From the NCBI GenBank assembly GCA_027491415.1, contig JAOZFH010000063.1, positions 32,001 to 96,000 on the forward strand: a stretch of DNA of 64,000 nt. The letters run 5' to 3'. Under the pieces are notes generated by a model. That model had not been told where the DNA came from. It worked only from the letters and a program-made list of their open reading frames with translations, and did no database searches. Below are positions 19,886 to 29,173 of the stretch, piece after piece. The translations under genes and the position numbers were made by a program. Position 1 is the first letter of the stretch. The number at the start of each line of letters is the position of its first letter. The DNA comes from Thermoproteota archaeon. Its GTDB lineage: Archaea > Korarchaeota > Korarchaeia > Korarchaeales > Korarchaeaceae.

Positions 19886-20080
19886 ATGTACTTTGAGGAA
19901 CGCCTAAAGATCCCGTATGGGTACGCGGTCGCAGTAAGATATGATAGGGGGAGATGGGAGATCCTCGTAGAAATAGTAATGAATCCCTATTTCCATTCAT
20001 CGACGAGGAATCTTCCCAGGACAAAGTTTGCTAGGGGAGTATTGGGCTTATATGAACAAAACAAGTGGTGGAGTAGATGA
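19886..20080 (+). pseudogene. Orphan variant C-terminus of the 954-aa toxin
   Basis: YFEERLKIPYGYAVAVRYDRGRWEILVEIVMNPYF vs toxin YFRSHPEVPYGYAVAVKYESGRLLILIRKVVNPF; overlaps the next gene's ATG. Confidence 0.75.
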
Positions 20081-20703
20081 GAGGGGATCCACGAGCAGAT
20101 TCACTTCCAGAGATTGAGAAAGAGGTTCTTTCTGCTCTAATGAGTGATCGCTTCCCACTCAGAGGGGTCGACAGGGAAGATCTTATTGAGGAACTCAAGC
20201 AGCTAGCAAAGGCTGCGGCGGCCGTGATAGCGAGGTACAGATCCAAGGACTGGTTCATCCGACGGGGGAGGTACATAGTGACGCTCCCCGACGTGGACCC
20301 CGTATGGTGGGTGAACGTGGACTGGGCCACGGGAGAAGAGCCTGGACCAGCGTACGTCTGCCTGAACAGGCCAATCTATGAGCCGTCTCTCAGCCCACGC
20401 AGGCTAGAAGGACTAGAACGCCTGATCTCAGGCGATCCAACGGCGTCATTGAGGGGGGCAACTTCTGGAGGAGGTGAAGGTGTCGAGTACCTGCAGGGGA
20501 TCCTCTTGGCCTGCTGGGAGGCCACAGTCAGATCCGGTGTCCCCACCCTGCTGCTAGTGGATGGGGAAGAGCTCTCCCTAACAGTCAGGGCGATACTGCC
20601 GCTTCACGGATTCCGGGAGAAAGACGTGGCTCGCGCGGCGGAGGCCATGGAACTCACATTGAAGAGACTTAAGGAAATGGGCTTCCCACTGGCCAGGAGG
20701 TGA
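20077..20703 (+). CDS. Candidate immunity protein (family I, copy 2)
   Basis: EKEVLSAL, LAKAAAAVIA, LPDVDPVW, AMELTLKRLKEMGFPL. Confidence 0.7.
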   Translation: MRGDPRADSLPEIEKEVLSALMSDRFPLRGVDREDLIEELKQLAKAAAAVIARYRSKDWFIRRGRYIVTLPDVDPVWWVNVDWATGEEPGPAYVCLNRPIYEPSLSPRRLEGLERLISGDPTASLRGATSGGGEGVEYLQGILLACWEATVRSGVPTLLLVDGEELSLTVRAILPLHGFREKDVARAAEAMELTLKRLKEMGFPLARR

Positions 20704-20796
20704 GGCCAAGCCCCGGCGAGGGATGGTGGTCCCCTCAACCGTCTCGCGAGGGTGGGAGGTCGTGTTGAGGGGCCCATTCCGGTGAGGGGTGGTTGT

Positions 20797-21432
20797 GTGA
20801 GCCTTAGGGGGAAGTTCGACGGGGATGAATTGAAGGGGCTTGAGAAGGAGGTTCTCCACGCCATCCTCAGCGAGTACGGGCCAGTGAGAGACGAGGATAG
20901 GAAAAGCCTGTTGGAGGAGTTTGGCAGGCTCGCGAGGGCCTCGGCCATCGTGATAGCAGTCTACGGCTCGGAAGAGTGGTTCGTGAAGTACGGGGGGGCG
21001 CTGGTCGCGTTCCCGGACGTCGACCCGATATGGACCGTCGGCCTGGACGGGGCGACGTCGCCGAGGTCCGGTCCCTCGTACATCGCGCTGAGCAGGGGGC
21101 TCTATGCTGAGGGAGAGGAGTATGTCCCGTTCAACGTCTCCGGCTTGGAAAATGTCTCTCCCGCCGACCTAGACGCGGCCTCCTGGGAGGAGTTCTCCTC
21201 TAGGTACCCGGAGGCGGCCAGGCACCTGGAGACGGCCCTGAGGCTGGCCTGGGCCGCGACCCACAGGTTCAACGTGCCCGTGATCGTGGCGAAGTGGCGG
21301 CGCCCCCCGCTGTCCTACCGGGTCGTCCTGCCGATGTGCGACCTCGATGTCGAGGACGTCCTGATCGCGATCGACGCCATGGAGTGGATGCTGGAGCAGC
21401 TGAGGCGGACCGACTTCCCCCTGATGGTGTAA
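20797..21432 (+). CDS. Candidate immunity protein (family I, copy 3)
   Basis: Highly similar to copy 1 (FxRLARASAIVIAVYGSEEWFVKYGGALVA, AWAATHRFN); GTG after a GAGGGGTGG RBS. Confidence 0.75.
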   Translation: MSLRGKFDGDELKGLEKEVLHAILSEYGPVRDEDRKSLLEEFGRLARASAIVIAVYGSEEWFVKYGGALVAFPDVDPIWTVGLDGATSPRSGPSYIALSRGLYAEGEEYVPFNVSGLENVSPADLDAASWEEFSSRYPEAARHLETALRLAWAATHRFNVPVIVAKWRRPPLSYRVVLPMCDLDVEDVLIAIDAMEWMLEQLRRTDFPLMV

Positions 21433-21562
21433 CCCTCCCCTCTCCCCCCGACCGGCGCGGGCCTCTCGGAGGAGGCTGGGTTCCCCTACGAAGCGGCAGA
21501 AGTTAGAGTCAGGGAATCAAAGCGCTAGATCTTCAGTCTGGTGGGGAATTAGGCTCTACAAG

Positions 21563-22243
21563 TCACGGCCACGACTCTGAGTCCCTGATCGAGTACTCTC
21601 TATCCACGCGGTACAGGGGGAACCCCATCTCGAGAAGCCTGGCGTACACCCACTCCATGGCGTCTATCGCTCCCAAAATGTCCTCCTCATCGAATCCCCC
21701 CGGGAGTACGGCGACGTAATTCAGCGAAGCCTCAACGTCCAAGTCCCCGAACTTCAGCGTGACCAGGGTCTCGAATCGGCGGGTCGCCGCCGAGAAGACC
21801 CTCAGCGCGCCTGACAGGTATCTCGCAGCGTCCGGATACTCCTGTTCAAACTCCTCCCACGCCGATGGATCCCCCAGAAGATCCGGGGTGACTTTCTCCA
21901 TTCCCTGGATCCTGCTGTCGTTCTCCTCGAAGTCGTAGAGGGGTCTCCACAGGGAGAAGAAGAATGGCCCGTACCTCGTTGCGACCGGGCCCGACCAGAC
22001 GTACCAGACGGGGTCTGCGCCCCAGATCCGGACAAGGTCTAGCAGGCCCCTCTCCTCCACCGACCAACCGGCCGCCCCAAGCGACACTCCGGTGGTGGCC
22101 GTGACCCTCGCCAGGTCGCTGAAATAGGAGACGTTGTCGGGCTCCCTGCACTCTGGCGTGTCAAAAGTTGACTTATAGTGGCACATTTCAACAAGATTCA
22201 AGAAAAATCTCGTGTAAACTTCTAATATCTTTTCTTTCTCCAC
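21563..22243 (-). CDS. Candidate immunity protein (family I, copy 4, inverted and divergent)
   Basis: DLARVTA, ADPVW, AWEEFEQEYPDAARYL, AATRRF, AIDAMEWVYARLLEMGFPL. Confidence 0.7.
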   Translation of the reverse strand: MEKEKILEVYTRFFLNLVEMCHYKSTFDTPECREPDNVSYFSDLARVTATTGVSLGAAGWSVEERGLLDLVRIWGADPVWYVWSGPVATRYGPFFFSLWRPLYDFEENDSRIQGMEKVTPDLLGDPSAWEEFEQEYPDAARYLSGALRVFSAATRRFETLVTLKFGDLDVEASLNYVAVLPGGFDEEDILGAIDAMEWVYARLLEMGFPLYRVDREYSIRDSESWP

Positions 22244-22453
22244 GCCCGCCCCCCGTGCGGCCCCTCACGCGGGCTGGAGCATGGAGAGGTTGAGCTCGGG
22301 CCCTACCTCCGGAGCATCGTGGAGAGCAGGGGACTTACGGAGGTCCTCGAGCGACGGGGGGTGAAGTGGGCGGCGCGAACATCCGACGATCTTTAGGTCC
22401 GGTAGGAGTGGAGTCCTATTACGTGACCCCCTAGCCTGTGGGGCGGATGGGGG

Positions 22454-23534
22454 ATGGAGTGGAGAGGGGCCCTCCCCCCGTTGACCCTGACGGCGCTTCT
22501 GATGGTCTCCTCGGGGAGGCCCCCTGAGGCCTTCGACCTTCAGGCCCCACCTGGGGAGCTAGGCGAGTGCCCGAGCCTGAGGGAGTTCCCTCGTCCGTTC
22601 GTCAGGAACGGGACGGTGGACTACGACTGGGACGGCTCCCCAGACGTCGCCATAGTCGTGGGCACCCACGGCGGCTCTTGGGTGGCGCCGGAGGACCTGA
22701 AGGCCGCCGTGCTCCTGGGCGCGAAGGTCGGGTCGCACCTCTACCTCGCGCGCCTCTGGGACTCTTACGCGAACCTCACGGGCGAGTGGAGGGGGACCAG
22801 GCTGCTCGACCCCCGGAACGGGGACGCGACTCCCCCGGGAGAGGTGGACCTGATCTACGAGGGCGAGGACGTCTTCAGCTTCGTCAGGGCGCCGTTGGTC
22901 TGGTCAGACATCGAGATACTCGATGAGAACTACGAGCCCACTCAGGCGGCCCGGGAGCTGGGCCTGCTGGACAGGGATCTCATACTGGTGGGAGGGCCCG
23001 GAGCGAACCGGCTCGTGGACTACCTGAACGACTCCGGCCTCCTGTGGATCCCCTTCGCGGGACCGGCCCTACGACTCGGGGCTCCGCGGGGGGAACGGTG
23101 GAAGCGGGAGATGCGTGAATCCCGACCGCCTGGTCAAGCTCATACCCCAGCTGGCATACGGCCACGTGAGGGGGATGGGGGTGATCCAGTACGCCAGGGG
23201 AGATCCATGGGGGGAGAGGGAGAGCCGCATACTCGTGGTGGCCGGAGACAACGGGTACGGCACCCTCATGGCGGCCGTCGCCCTGGCGGACCCCACTAGG
23301 ATAGTCAGGGTGCCCGAGGACTCTGCGGTGGCGTTCTACGACCCGTCGAGGATCTGTGGCGGTGAGTTTCCCGCCGTCGTCGTGGCCAGCGTCGTCGAAG
23401 TGTCAGAGGGCCCAGGTCCGTGCTCGCCTCCCAAGGCCGCGCCGCCCCTGAGCCGGATCCCGGTCGTCGTGATCCTGTGGCCCTGGCCAGCTGAGGCGGT
23501 TCCCGTGGGCCGGCCCTGCGCCGGCGGGGGGTGA
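22454..23534 (+). pseudogene. S-layer-like secreted protein split by a frameshift
   Basis: Signal peptide, IVVG...EDLKAA and DLILVGGPGANRLV in ORF1; ILVVAGDNGYGTLMAA in ORF2; frames switch near 23050-23070. Confidence 0.6.
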
Positions 23535-23629
23535 GCCGTGGACAAGCCGAGGTCACCTCGCGTCGGCTGGGCCTACCCCGCGGTATGGTATCAACTTATT
23601 ATATCAGATATCTTTCAATGATATAGAAG

Positions 23630-23845
23630 ATGCAGGTGCTCGTCAGACTCGACGAGGAGACGGGCAGGCTCTTGGACAGGGTAGCCCGAAGCCTCGGAGT
23701 CTCCAGGGCCGAGGTCGTGAGGAGGGCCCTCAGGCTGTACCTGGCCAGGGGGAGGGGGAGGATGACCAAGAGGATGAGGGGGATAGTCAGGCCTAAGCTC
23801 TCGCTCGAAGAGCTGGAGGAGCTCTACTGGGAGGGCGCCCGTTGA
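23630..23845 (+). CDS. Ribbon-helix-helix (CopG) antitoxin
   Basis: VLVRLDEE...LDRVARSLGVSRAEVVRRAL. Confidence 0.85.
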   Translation: MQVLVRLDEETGRLLDRVARSLGVSRAEVVRRALRLYLARGRGRMTKRMRGIVRPKLSLEELEELYWEGAR

Positions 23846-24309
23846 GGATCTTCCTGGACTCCTCGGTCTTCCTGCACCTCCTGCTAGACGGACCCAGGGC
23901 AGACGAGGCCGAGGAGATCCTGAGCGCTGTGGAGGAGGGAGAGGAGGAGGCTGGCGTCACGGTGATGGTCGTGGAGGAGGTGGCCTACAAGCTCCTGGTG
24001 GCCAAGGCCTCGGAGCTCGGGGTTGCTGGACCCCTGGAGCTGAGGAGGAGGCTGCTCAGGGACGGGGAGCTCAGGGAGAGGTGCCTCGAGCCGGTCGAGG
24101 AGTTCAGTCGCTACCTGAGGGGCATGGGCGGGCTCTCGTGGGTGAGGATTCTCCCGGTCGACTGGGAGGCCGCGCTGGACCTGGTGCGGAGGGCGGGCCT
24201 GCTCCCAGCGGACGCCGTGCACGCGTCGGTGAGCCTCAGGCTCGGGCTCAAGATGGCGACGTTCGACTCTGACTTCAGGAGGGTGCCCGGGCTCGAGGTC
24301 ATCCCCTGA
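23842..24309 (+). CDS. PIN-domain (VapC) toxin
   Basis: IFLDSSVF, VEEV, LLPADAVH, ATFDSDF. Confidence 0.9.
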   Translation: MRIFLDSSVFLHLLLDGPRADEAEEILSAVEEGEEEAGVTVMVVEEVAYKLLVAKASELGVAGPLELRRRLLRDGELRERCLEPVEEFSRYLRGMGGLSWVRILPVDWEAALDLVRRAGLLPADAVHASVSLRLGLKMATFDSDFRRVPGLEVIP

Positions 24310-24424
24310 GGGGCTGTGGTGGGCGGAGGAAGTCGCGGGTGGGGCCTCCGTCGCCGCGAAGCGGGGTTCCGGTCGCCCACTGAGTTCAGCGTGGGGCTTC
24401 GTGGAACCAGGCCACTCCTGGGGC

Positions 24425-24895
24425 TTACCTCGTCAGCTCCCTGTGACTGACGAGTTTGCGGTGATTGAATCCCCTCCTCCTCAAGAACTCCTTGAATCGG
24501 CCGTCGAGGGTGAGGGCCGGCGCGTCGAGCCTCTCGGCAGTCGCGTAGAGGGCCGCGTCGTACAGGTCGCTCCACCCGGCGGAGATCACGCGATACGCGA
24601 TCTCCAGATCTTCGTCTGTTGGGGGGACCAGCTCCACCAGCGCCCCGTGGACCACGGAGTTGAACCCGTCGAGGGCCGCCCTGGGCAGTCTGTCCATCCC
24701 CCTCTCCCTGCCCACCTTGTAAAGCACGCCCTCGAGCTCAGCCAGCATCAACGCCGGGTAGAGGGGCCGGTGGGACCTGAGGATCACGTCCAGGCGAGTC
24801 GGCCCCACCCCCACCCTTATGCCGAGGTAGGGGAGGAGGTACGTCGTGTCCAGCAGGAGCTCACCCGATCGCCCCCCTCGAGAGATCCTCGCCAA
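24425..24895 (-). CDS. PIN-domain (VapC) toxin
   Basis: LLLDTTYLLP, DLYDAALYATA, LTLDGRF. Confidence 0.85.
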   Translation of the reverse strand: MARISRGGRSGELLLDTTYLLPYLGIRVGVGPTRLDVILRSHRPLYPALMLAELEGVLYKVGRERGMDRLPRAALDGFNSVVHGALVELVPPTDEDLEIAYRVISAGWSDLYDAALYATAERLDAPALTLDGRFKEFLRRRGFNHRKLVSHRELTR

Positions 24896-25097
24896 ACTCC
24901 TCGACCTCCTCCGGACCGACCTCCGCCCAGTACTCTCCGGGCTTGGGCCTCTTCACCGGCCTGAGCCTGATCTCCCCATCCCTCACCTCAATGGCGACGA
25001 GGTCTCCCTCCTCAATCCCGAGAGCCTCGACAACCCTCTTGGGAATGTACAGGGCGTACCTCCTCCCGACCCGAATGGTCGTAGTCGTCTGATTCAT
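24861..25097 (-). CDS. AbrB-family antitoxin
   Basis: IRVGRRYALYIPKRVVEALGIEEGD (3' end of the listed long ORF). Confidence 0.85.
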   Translation of the reverse strand: MNQTTTTIRVGRRYALYIPKRVVEALGIEEGDLVAIEVRDGEIRLRPVKRPKPGEYWAEVGPEEVEEFGEDLSRGAIG

Positions 25098-25171
25098 CGG
25101 ATAATTCCGAGCGATCTGACCCCTTAAGGTTTCCGTGGCCCGCGGCGGAGGCGCGAACCGATTCCGCGGGC

Positions 25172-25762
25172 TCAGGGGTCCAGATCCAACAGCAGCCTGG
25201 CGGCCTCGGCGGCCGACGAGACGTTCCTGTCCCCCCGGGCCTTCTCGCCCACGATCACCGTGAACACCCCCAGCCTCCTGCCGGCCTCGGCGTCCCAGGG
25301 CATGTCCCCCACCAAGGCGGTCTCCCCCGGCTTCGCTCCGACCTCGCGCATGGCCGCAGCCAGCTGGACGTCCCTCGACATTCCGTCCTCCCTGGTCACG
25401 ACGACGTCGAACAGGTCCCTGACACCGAGGCCCTCCAGGGCGGTGAGGGCGGGCCTCCTGGCCTGCAGCGTCACCAGGGCTATCTTGACGCCCTTGGACC
25501 TCAGCGCCTCCAGGGCGCTCCTGAGCTCCGGATCCGGCCTCGCCTGCCTGGCCGCCTCGAGCTCGGCCTCCTCCACGATCCTGAAGGCTTCCTCCTCCAG
25601 CTCCCTGTCCCCCCTGGCCGCGACGGGTATGCTCGGGCCGAGGGGCTTGAGCGGGTGGTCCGTGCCCATGAACTCCCTGACCCTCGCGCGCAGGGCGTCC
25701 CAGTCTATTGGAAGGTTTGCCAGGGTCCCGTCCAGGTCGAACGCGACGAGCTTGAGGCCCAC
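25172..25762 (-). CDS. HAD-superfamily hydrolase (phosphoglycolate phosphatase-like)
   Basis: AFDLDGTL motif I, LVGDMPWD motif IV. Confidence 0.85.
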   Translation of the reverse strand: MGLKLVAFDLDGTLANLPIDWDALRARVREFMGTDHPLKPLGPSIPVAARGDRELEEEAFRIVEEAELEAARQARPDPELRSALEALRSKGVKIALVTLQARRPALTALEGLGVRDLFDVVVTREDGMSRDVQLAAAMREVGAKPGETALVGDMPWDAEAGRRLGVFTVIVGEKARGDRNVSSAAEAARLLLDLDP

Positions 25763-25850
25763 GGGCCTGATGCGCCGGGGGATCGATATATAGCTCGGGG
25801 GCGGGGTGGGTGGAAAGGGTTATATCGCCGCCCCACAAGCTATCCGGCGG

Positions 25851-25928
25851 AGCCCCGTGGTGTAGCCAGGTCAAGCACGCCGGGCTCTGGACCCGGCGAC
25901 CCCGGTTCGAATCCGGGCGGGGCTACCA
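25851..25928 (+). tRNA. tRNA-Gln(CTG)
   Basis: AGCCCCG acceptor, ccggg-CT-CTG-GA-cccgg anticodon arm, GGTTCGAATCC, encoded CCA. Confidence 0.95.
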
Positions 25929-26047
25929 CTCCCCTCCTCATTTTCGGCTGGCGGCGCGCAGACCCCTGACCCTGGGTTCGCCCCCTCCGGTCCGCCTCAG
26001 AGGTTGAAGCGATGCGTTAATTTCGAAGGGGGCTCCCTGGCCGCGCC

Positions 26048-26548
26048 GTGGACGGGGAGGCTCTGCTCCACGCGTCGCTCGGTCTGATCGCGTGGCCAGC
26101 CCTCATACCGCCGATGAGCGCGCTGGTCGAGTCCGGCCACCTCGCCTACTCGTTCCTCCTGACCCTCGCGGTGCCGACGGGCGTGGCCTATCTCCACTTC
26201 AGGCTGGAGCGGAGGCTCGATCCAGAGCGCAGGCTGAGGCTGGCCAGGCTTCTGCTCGCGGGGCTACTGGCCGGCTCCCTCGCGTCGGCGGCCCTGGCGG
26301 GGGCCCTGCTGTGGAGGGTCAGCCCCGCGAGGGTCGCCGAGCTCACCGTCTCCGCCGGCCTGGGGGTCGTGTTCAGCCTGAACTTCTGGAGCGGCGCGTT
26401 CCTCGTCGCCTCCCTGCTCTGCGCGATTGTCACTTCCTCCAGGGCTGAGGTTCCGAGGCCCGTAGAGGCGGCCGCCCACTTCGCCGCCCTCACGGCGTCG
26501 GGAGGGTCGGCCATCCTGCTGGCCTACCTCCTCGCAGCCGGCCACTAA
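26048..26548 (+). CDS. Hypothetical multi-TM membrane protein
   Basis: Very hydrophobic 166-aa ORF. Confidence 0.55.
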   Translation: MDGEALLHASLGLIAWPALIPPMSALVESGHLAYSFLLTLAVPTGVAYLHFRLERRLDPERRLRLARLLLAGLLAGSLASAALAGALLWRVSPARVAELTVSAGLGVVFSLNFWSGAFLVASLLCAIVTSSRAEVPRPVEAAAHFAALTASGGSAILLAYLLAAGH

Positions 26549-26582
26549 GGTAGGTGAATTCGATTCCACCCAGCTTTATATA

Positions 26583-27983
26583 ATGTGGGTGGAACATAAT
26601 CCACCTATGATGACCGTGGAGGGGTTCGTGGCCAACAGACTGGCCGCGGCCCCCGGAGAGTGGAGGAGGCTCGTCGGTGGTAAGTTCAGGAGGTGGATCT
26701 TCTACAGGCTCAGGTCGATCCTCAGGAGATTCCTCGCTGGCGGAAAGACTAGGCTTGTCATAGTGCCGGGGCTGAGGGGGGTCGGGAAGAGCACGGTCCT
26801 GTGGCAGATCTACGGGGCCCTGCTGGAGGAGGGGATGGACCCCGGCAGGGTTCTCCATCTCCCCGTCGATCAGATGCTCGCCTACACGGGTAGCGACAGC
26901 GTGCTTGAAGCCTACGAGGCCTTCTCCCTGCACTCCAGGGGCAGGCGGGTCATGCTCGTCGATGAGATAACCTACTCCGGCAGGTGGCCCCTCGAGCTGA
27001 AGGTGCTCTACGATAGAGATCCGGACATGGCCTTTGTCGTGGTCGGCTCGTCCTCCCTCCACCTCAGGGTGGCGGAGAGCGCGGATCTGGCCAGGAGAGC
27101 GGTCGTTGAGCCACTCTTCCCCATGAGCTTTGGTGAGTACCTCGGCGTGAGGGGGTCCCTGGGTCCCGTCAGGGTGGCCAGAGACCTAGAGGAGGCCGTC
27201 TACTCGCTGCCGCCCGGGGAGGCGCTGGAGAAGCTCAGGAAGGTGGAGGAGGACGTTATCTCTGACAGCAGGGGCTTCAAGCCAGATAGGGATCTGAGGG
27301 AATTCCTCGAGATCGGCGGCCTCCCGTTCTCGGCCCTGGCGGACGACAGGCTGGTAGCCTGGAGGGAGGTGGTGGACACCGTCCAGAGGGCGGTGGATGT
27401 GGACCTCCGGGGAGTCAGCTCCTTCGACCAGGAGACGGTGGTCAAGGCGAAGAGGCTAGTCTACTCCCTCGCTCTGTCTCAGGGGGCCGCCGTTAACCTG
27501 GCCAGGCTGGCCGGGGAGATAGGGATGGACAAGAAGACTCTGCTGAAGGTCGTGGACGCGCTCGAGAAGTGTGAGCTCATCTTCAGGGTCCGCCCCGCCG
27601 GAGAGCGAGCCGCCAGTGTCAGGGTCCACAAGGCGTACTTCGCCACCCCTACCCTCAGGGTGGCGATCAGGAGGGAGGCCGGGTTTAAGACGGACAGCCT
27701 GGGGCTGCTGGCTGAGGAGGCCGTTGCCGCCTCCCTGAGGAAGGCCGCCTTCCTTGGGAGGGGGGGCTTCGGAGGAGTCGGGTACCTGCCGACCGACGGG
27801 GGGGTCGACTTCGTCCTAGAGGGCATGGGCGGGCGGAGGGTGCTCGTCGAGGTCGGGGTCGGGAGGAAGGAGAGGGGGGCCGTGTCGCGGGCTCGGGGGA
27901 GGGGGATAGTGGTCCACGGAGGGGGGTTAAGGCTTGAGGGAGACGTGCTCTTCGTTCCTCTCTGGCTCTTCCTGCTGGTATGA
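26583..27983 (+). CDS. AAA_14/DUF4143-type ATPase
   Basis: GLRGVGKST, LVDEI, VGSSSL, IGGLP, wHTH region, VDFV...VEV. Confidence 0.85.
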   Translation: MWVEHNPPMMTVEGFVANRLAAAPGEWRRLVGGKFRRWIFYRLRSILRRFLAGGKTRLVIVPGLRGVGKSTVLWQIYGALLEEGMDPGRVLHLPVDQMLAYTGSDSVLEAYEAFSLHSRGRRVMLVDEITYSGRWPLELKVLYDRDPDMAFVVVGSSSLHLRVAESADLARRAVVEPLFPMSFGEYLGVRGSLGPVRVARDLEEAVYSLPPGEALEKLRKVEEDVISDSRGFKPDRDLREFLEIGGLPFSALADDRLVAWREVVDTVQRAVDVDLRGVSSFDQETVVKAKRLVYSLALSQGAAVNLARLAGEIGMDKKTLLKVVDALEKCELIFRVRPAGERAASVRVHKAYFATPTLRVAIRREAGFKTDSLGLLAEEAVAASLRKAAFLGRGGFGGVGYLPTDGGVDFVLEGMGGRRVLVEVGVGRKERGAVSRARGRGIVVHGGGLRLEGDVLFVPLWLFLLV

Positions 27984-28084
27984 CCGAGCAGAGGAAAAGT
28001 TCTGCCTAGAATACTGCTAGTGGTTCGACTTGTGCTTACAATCCAAATTTTAGTTATTTAGGTTTGATTGTGAGTAATTTAAGA

Positions 28085-29173
28085 CTATATCCATTTTTCT
28101 AATGTTTCAAATTTTACTTCTGTTTTCTCCTCTTTTAAGATTTTTCCGAATTTTTCTTTGGCGTATTTTCTCGTAAAGTAATCGAGAGGATCCTTAACTC
28201 TCAGGGGTTTCCAATAGATTACATAGTATTCCTTGCCATCTCGGGAAAGTTCGTCTGCTAGTTTTAATTTTACTAACAATCTTAGTATCTTTCTCAAAAG
28301 AGACTTGCTAAATTGTGGGATCTTACGCCCATCGTGGGAAGAAATAAAGAAATTTTCCGCAAGCTTCTGATATAACTCATCGAAGCTAAATTCGATTCTG
28401 ATCTTGCCTTCATTGCGCATTCTAAGCAGACTATCGTCGCTCAATATGTCATACGATTTGGGCAAAACTTTCAAATAGAACTGTACCAACACAAAGGGGA
28501 TCAAATAATCTTCAACTTCTTCCTCTAGTAGGAATATTTCATTCATGCGCTGGTGAAGAACTGGAAGTTCAACCGAGAAAGTGCTTTGGAGTTTACGCTG
28601 AAATTCTTTAAAGGCCGAACCTTTAAACTGGCCATAAGATAGTGAGAGTACGAGCATCTCTCCTTCAATTCCTCTGTCGCTTCGCCTTTTATGTAAAAAA
28701 TAGTTTATGATTGAAAGCCCGTGTGTGAGCTGATTTTTTATCCCTTCTAGCATTTCAATCAATAATGCTTGAAACTTATGGAGCCCGCCCTGAATCAGGA
28801 GAAATAATTGATAATTAGTTAACCAACCCTCCCTAATATCCCTATCATATTTTTCAAGCTGTCCGATTATCTTACTTACAATGCGATCATTTTCCAGCTC
28901 ACTCAAACCCTCAGGATTAGGCAAAGATGATTTGAGTTCTCCGACTGCATATTCTCCACGTATATGGATAAGTAAATCCGGAGTTACCCGCTTATCTTGG
29001 TCAGTCCGTAACTTAGGACGAAGAAAGCACTCCCCTCCACATTCCCGCGCCAGTATCATAAGGGAAATCGTGGCCCACAGACTCTTAACATAATCATCTA
29101 TTCTCATTTTCGATCTTTTTATGAATTCTTCAACTTTTCTTAGAGTTTCACTGCCATTATCCGGGTTGCCCAT
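28085..29173 (-). CDS. PD-(D/E)XK nuclease-like protein with probable C-terminal winged helix (AT-rich cassette gene B)
   Basis: VTPDLLI...VGELKSS...GQLEKY; C-terminal FSKSLLRKILRLLVKLKLA; strongly AT-rich. Confidence 0.6.
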   Translation of the reverse strand: MGNPDNGSETLRKVEEFIKRSKMRIDDYVKSLWATISLMILARECGGECFLRPKLRTDQDKRVTPDLLIHIRGEYAVGELKSSLPNPEGLSELENDRIVSKIIGQLEKYDRDIREGWLTNYQLFLLIQGGLHKFQALLIEMLEGIKNQLTHGLSIINYFLHKRRSDRGIEGEMLVLSLSYGQFKGSAFKEFQRKLQSTFSVELPVLHQRMNEIFLLEEEVEDYLIPFVLVQFYLKVLPKSYDILSDDSLLRMRNEGKIRIEFSFDELYQKLAENFFISSHDGRKIPQFSKSLLRKILRLLVKLKLADELSRDGKEYYVIYWKPLRVKDPLDYFTRKYAKEKFGKILKEEKTEVKFETLEKWI

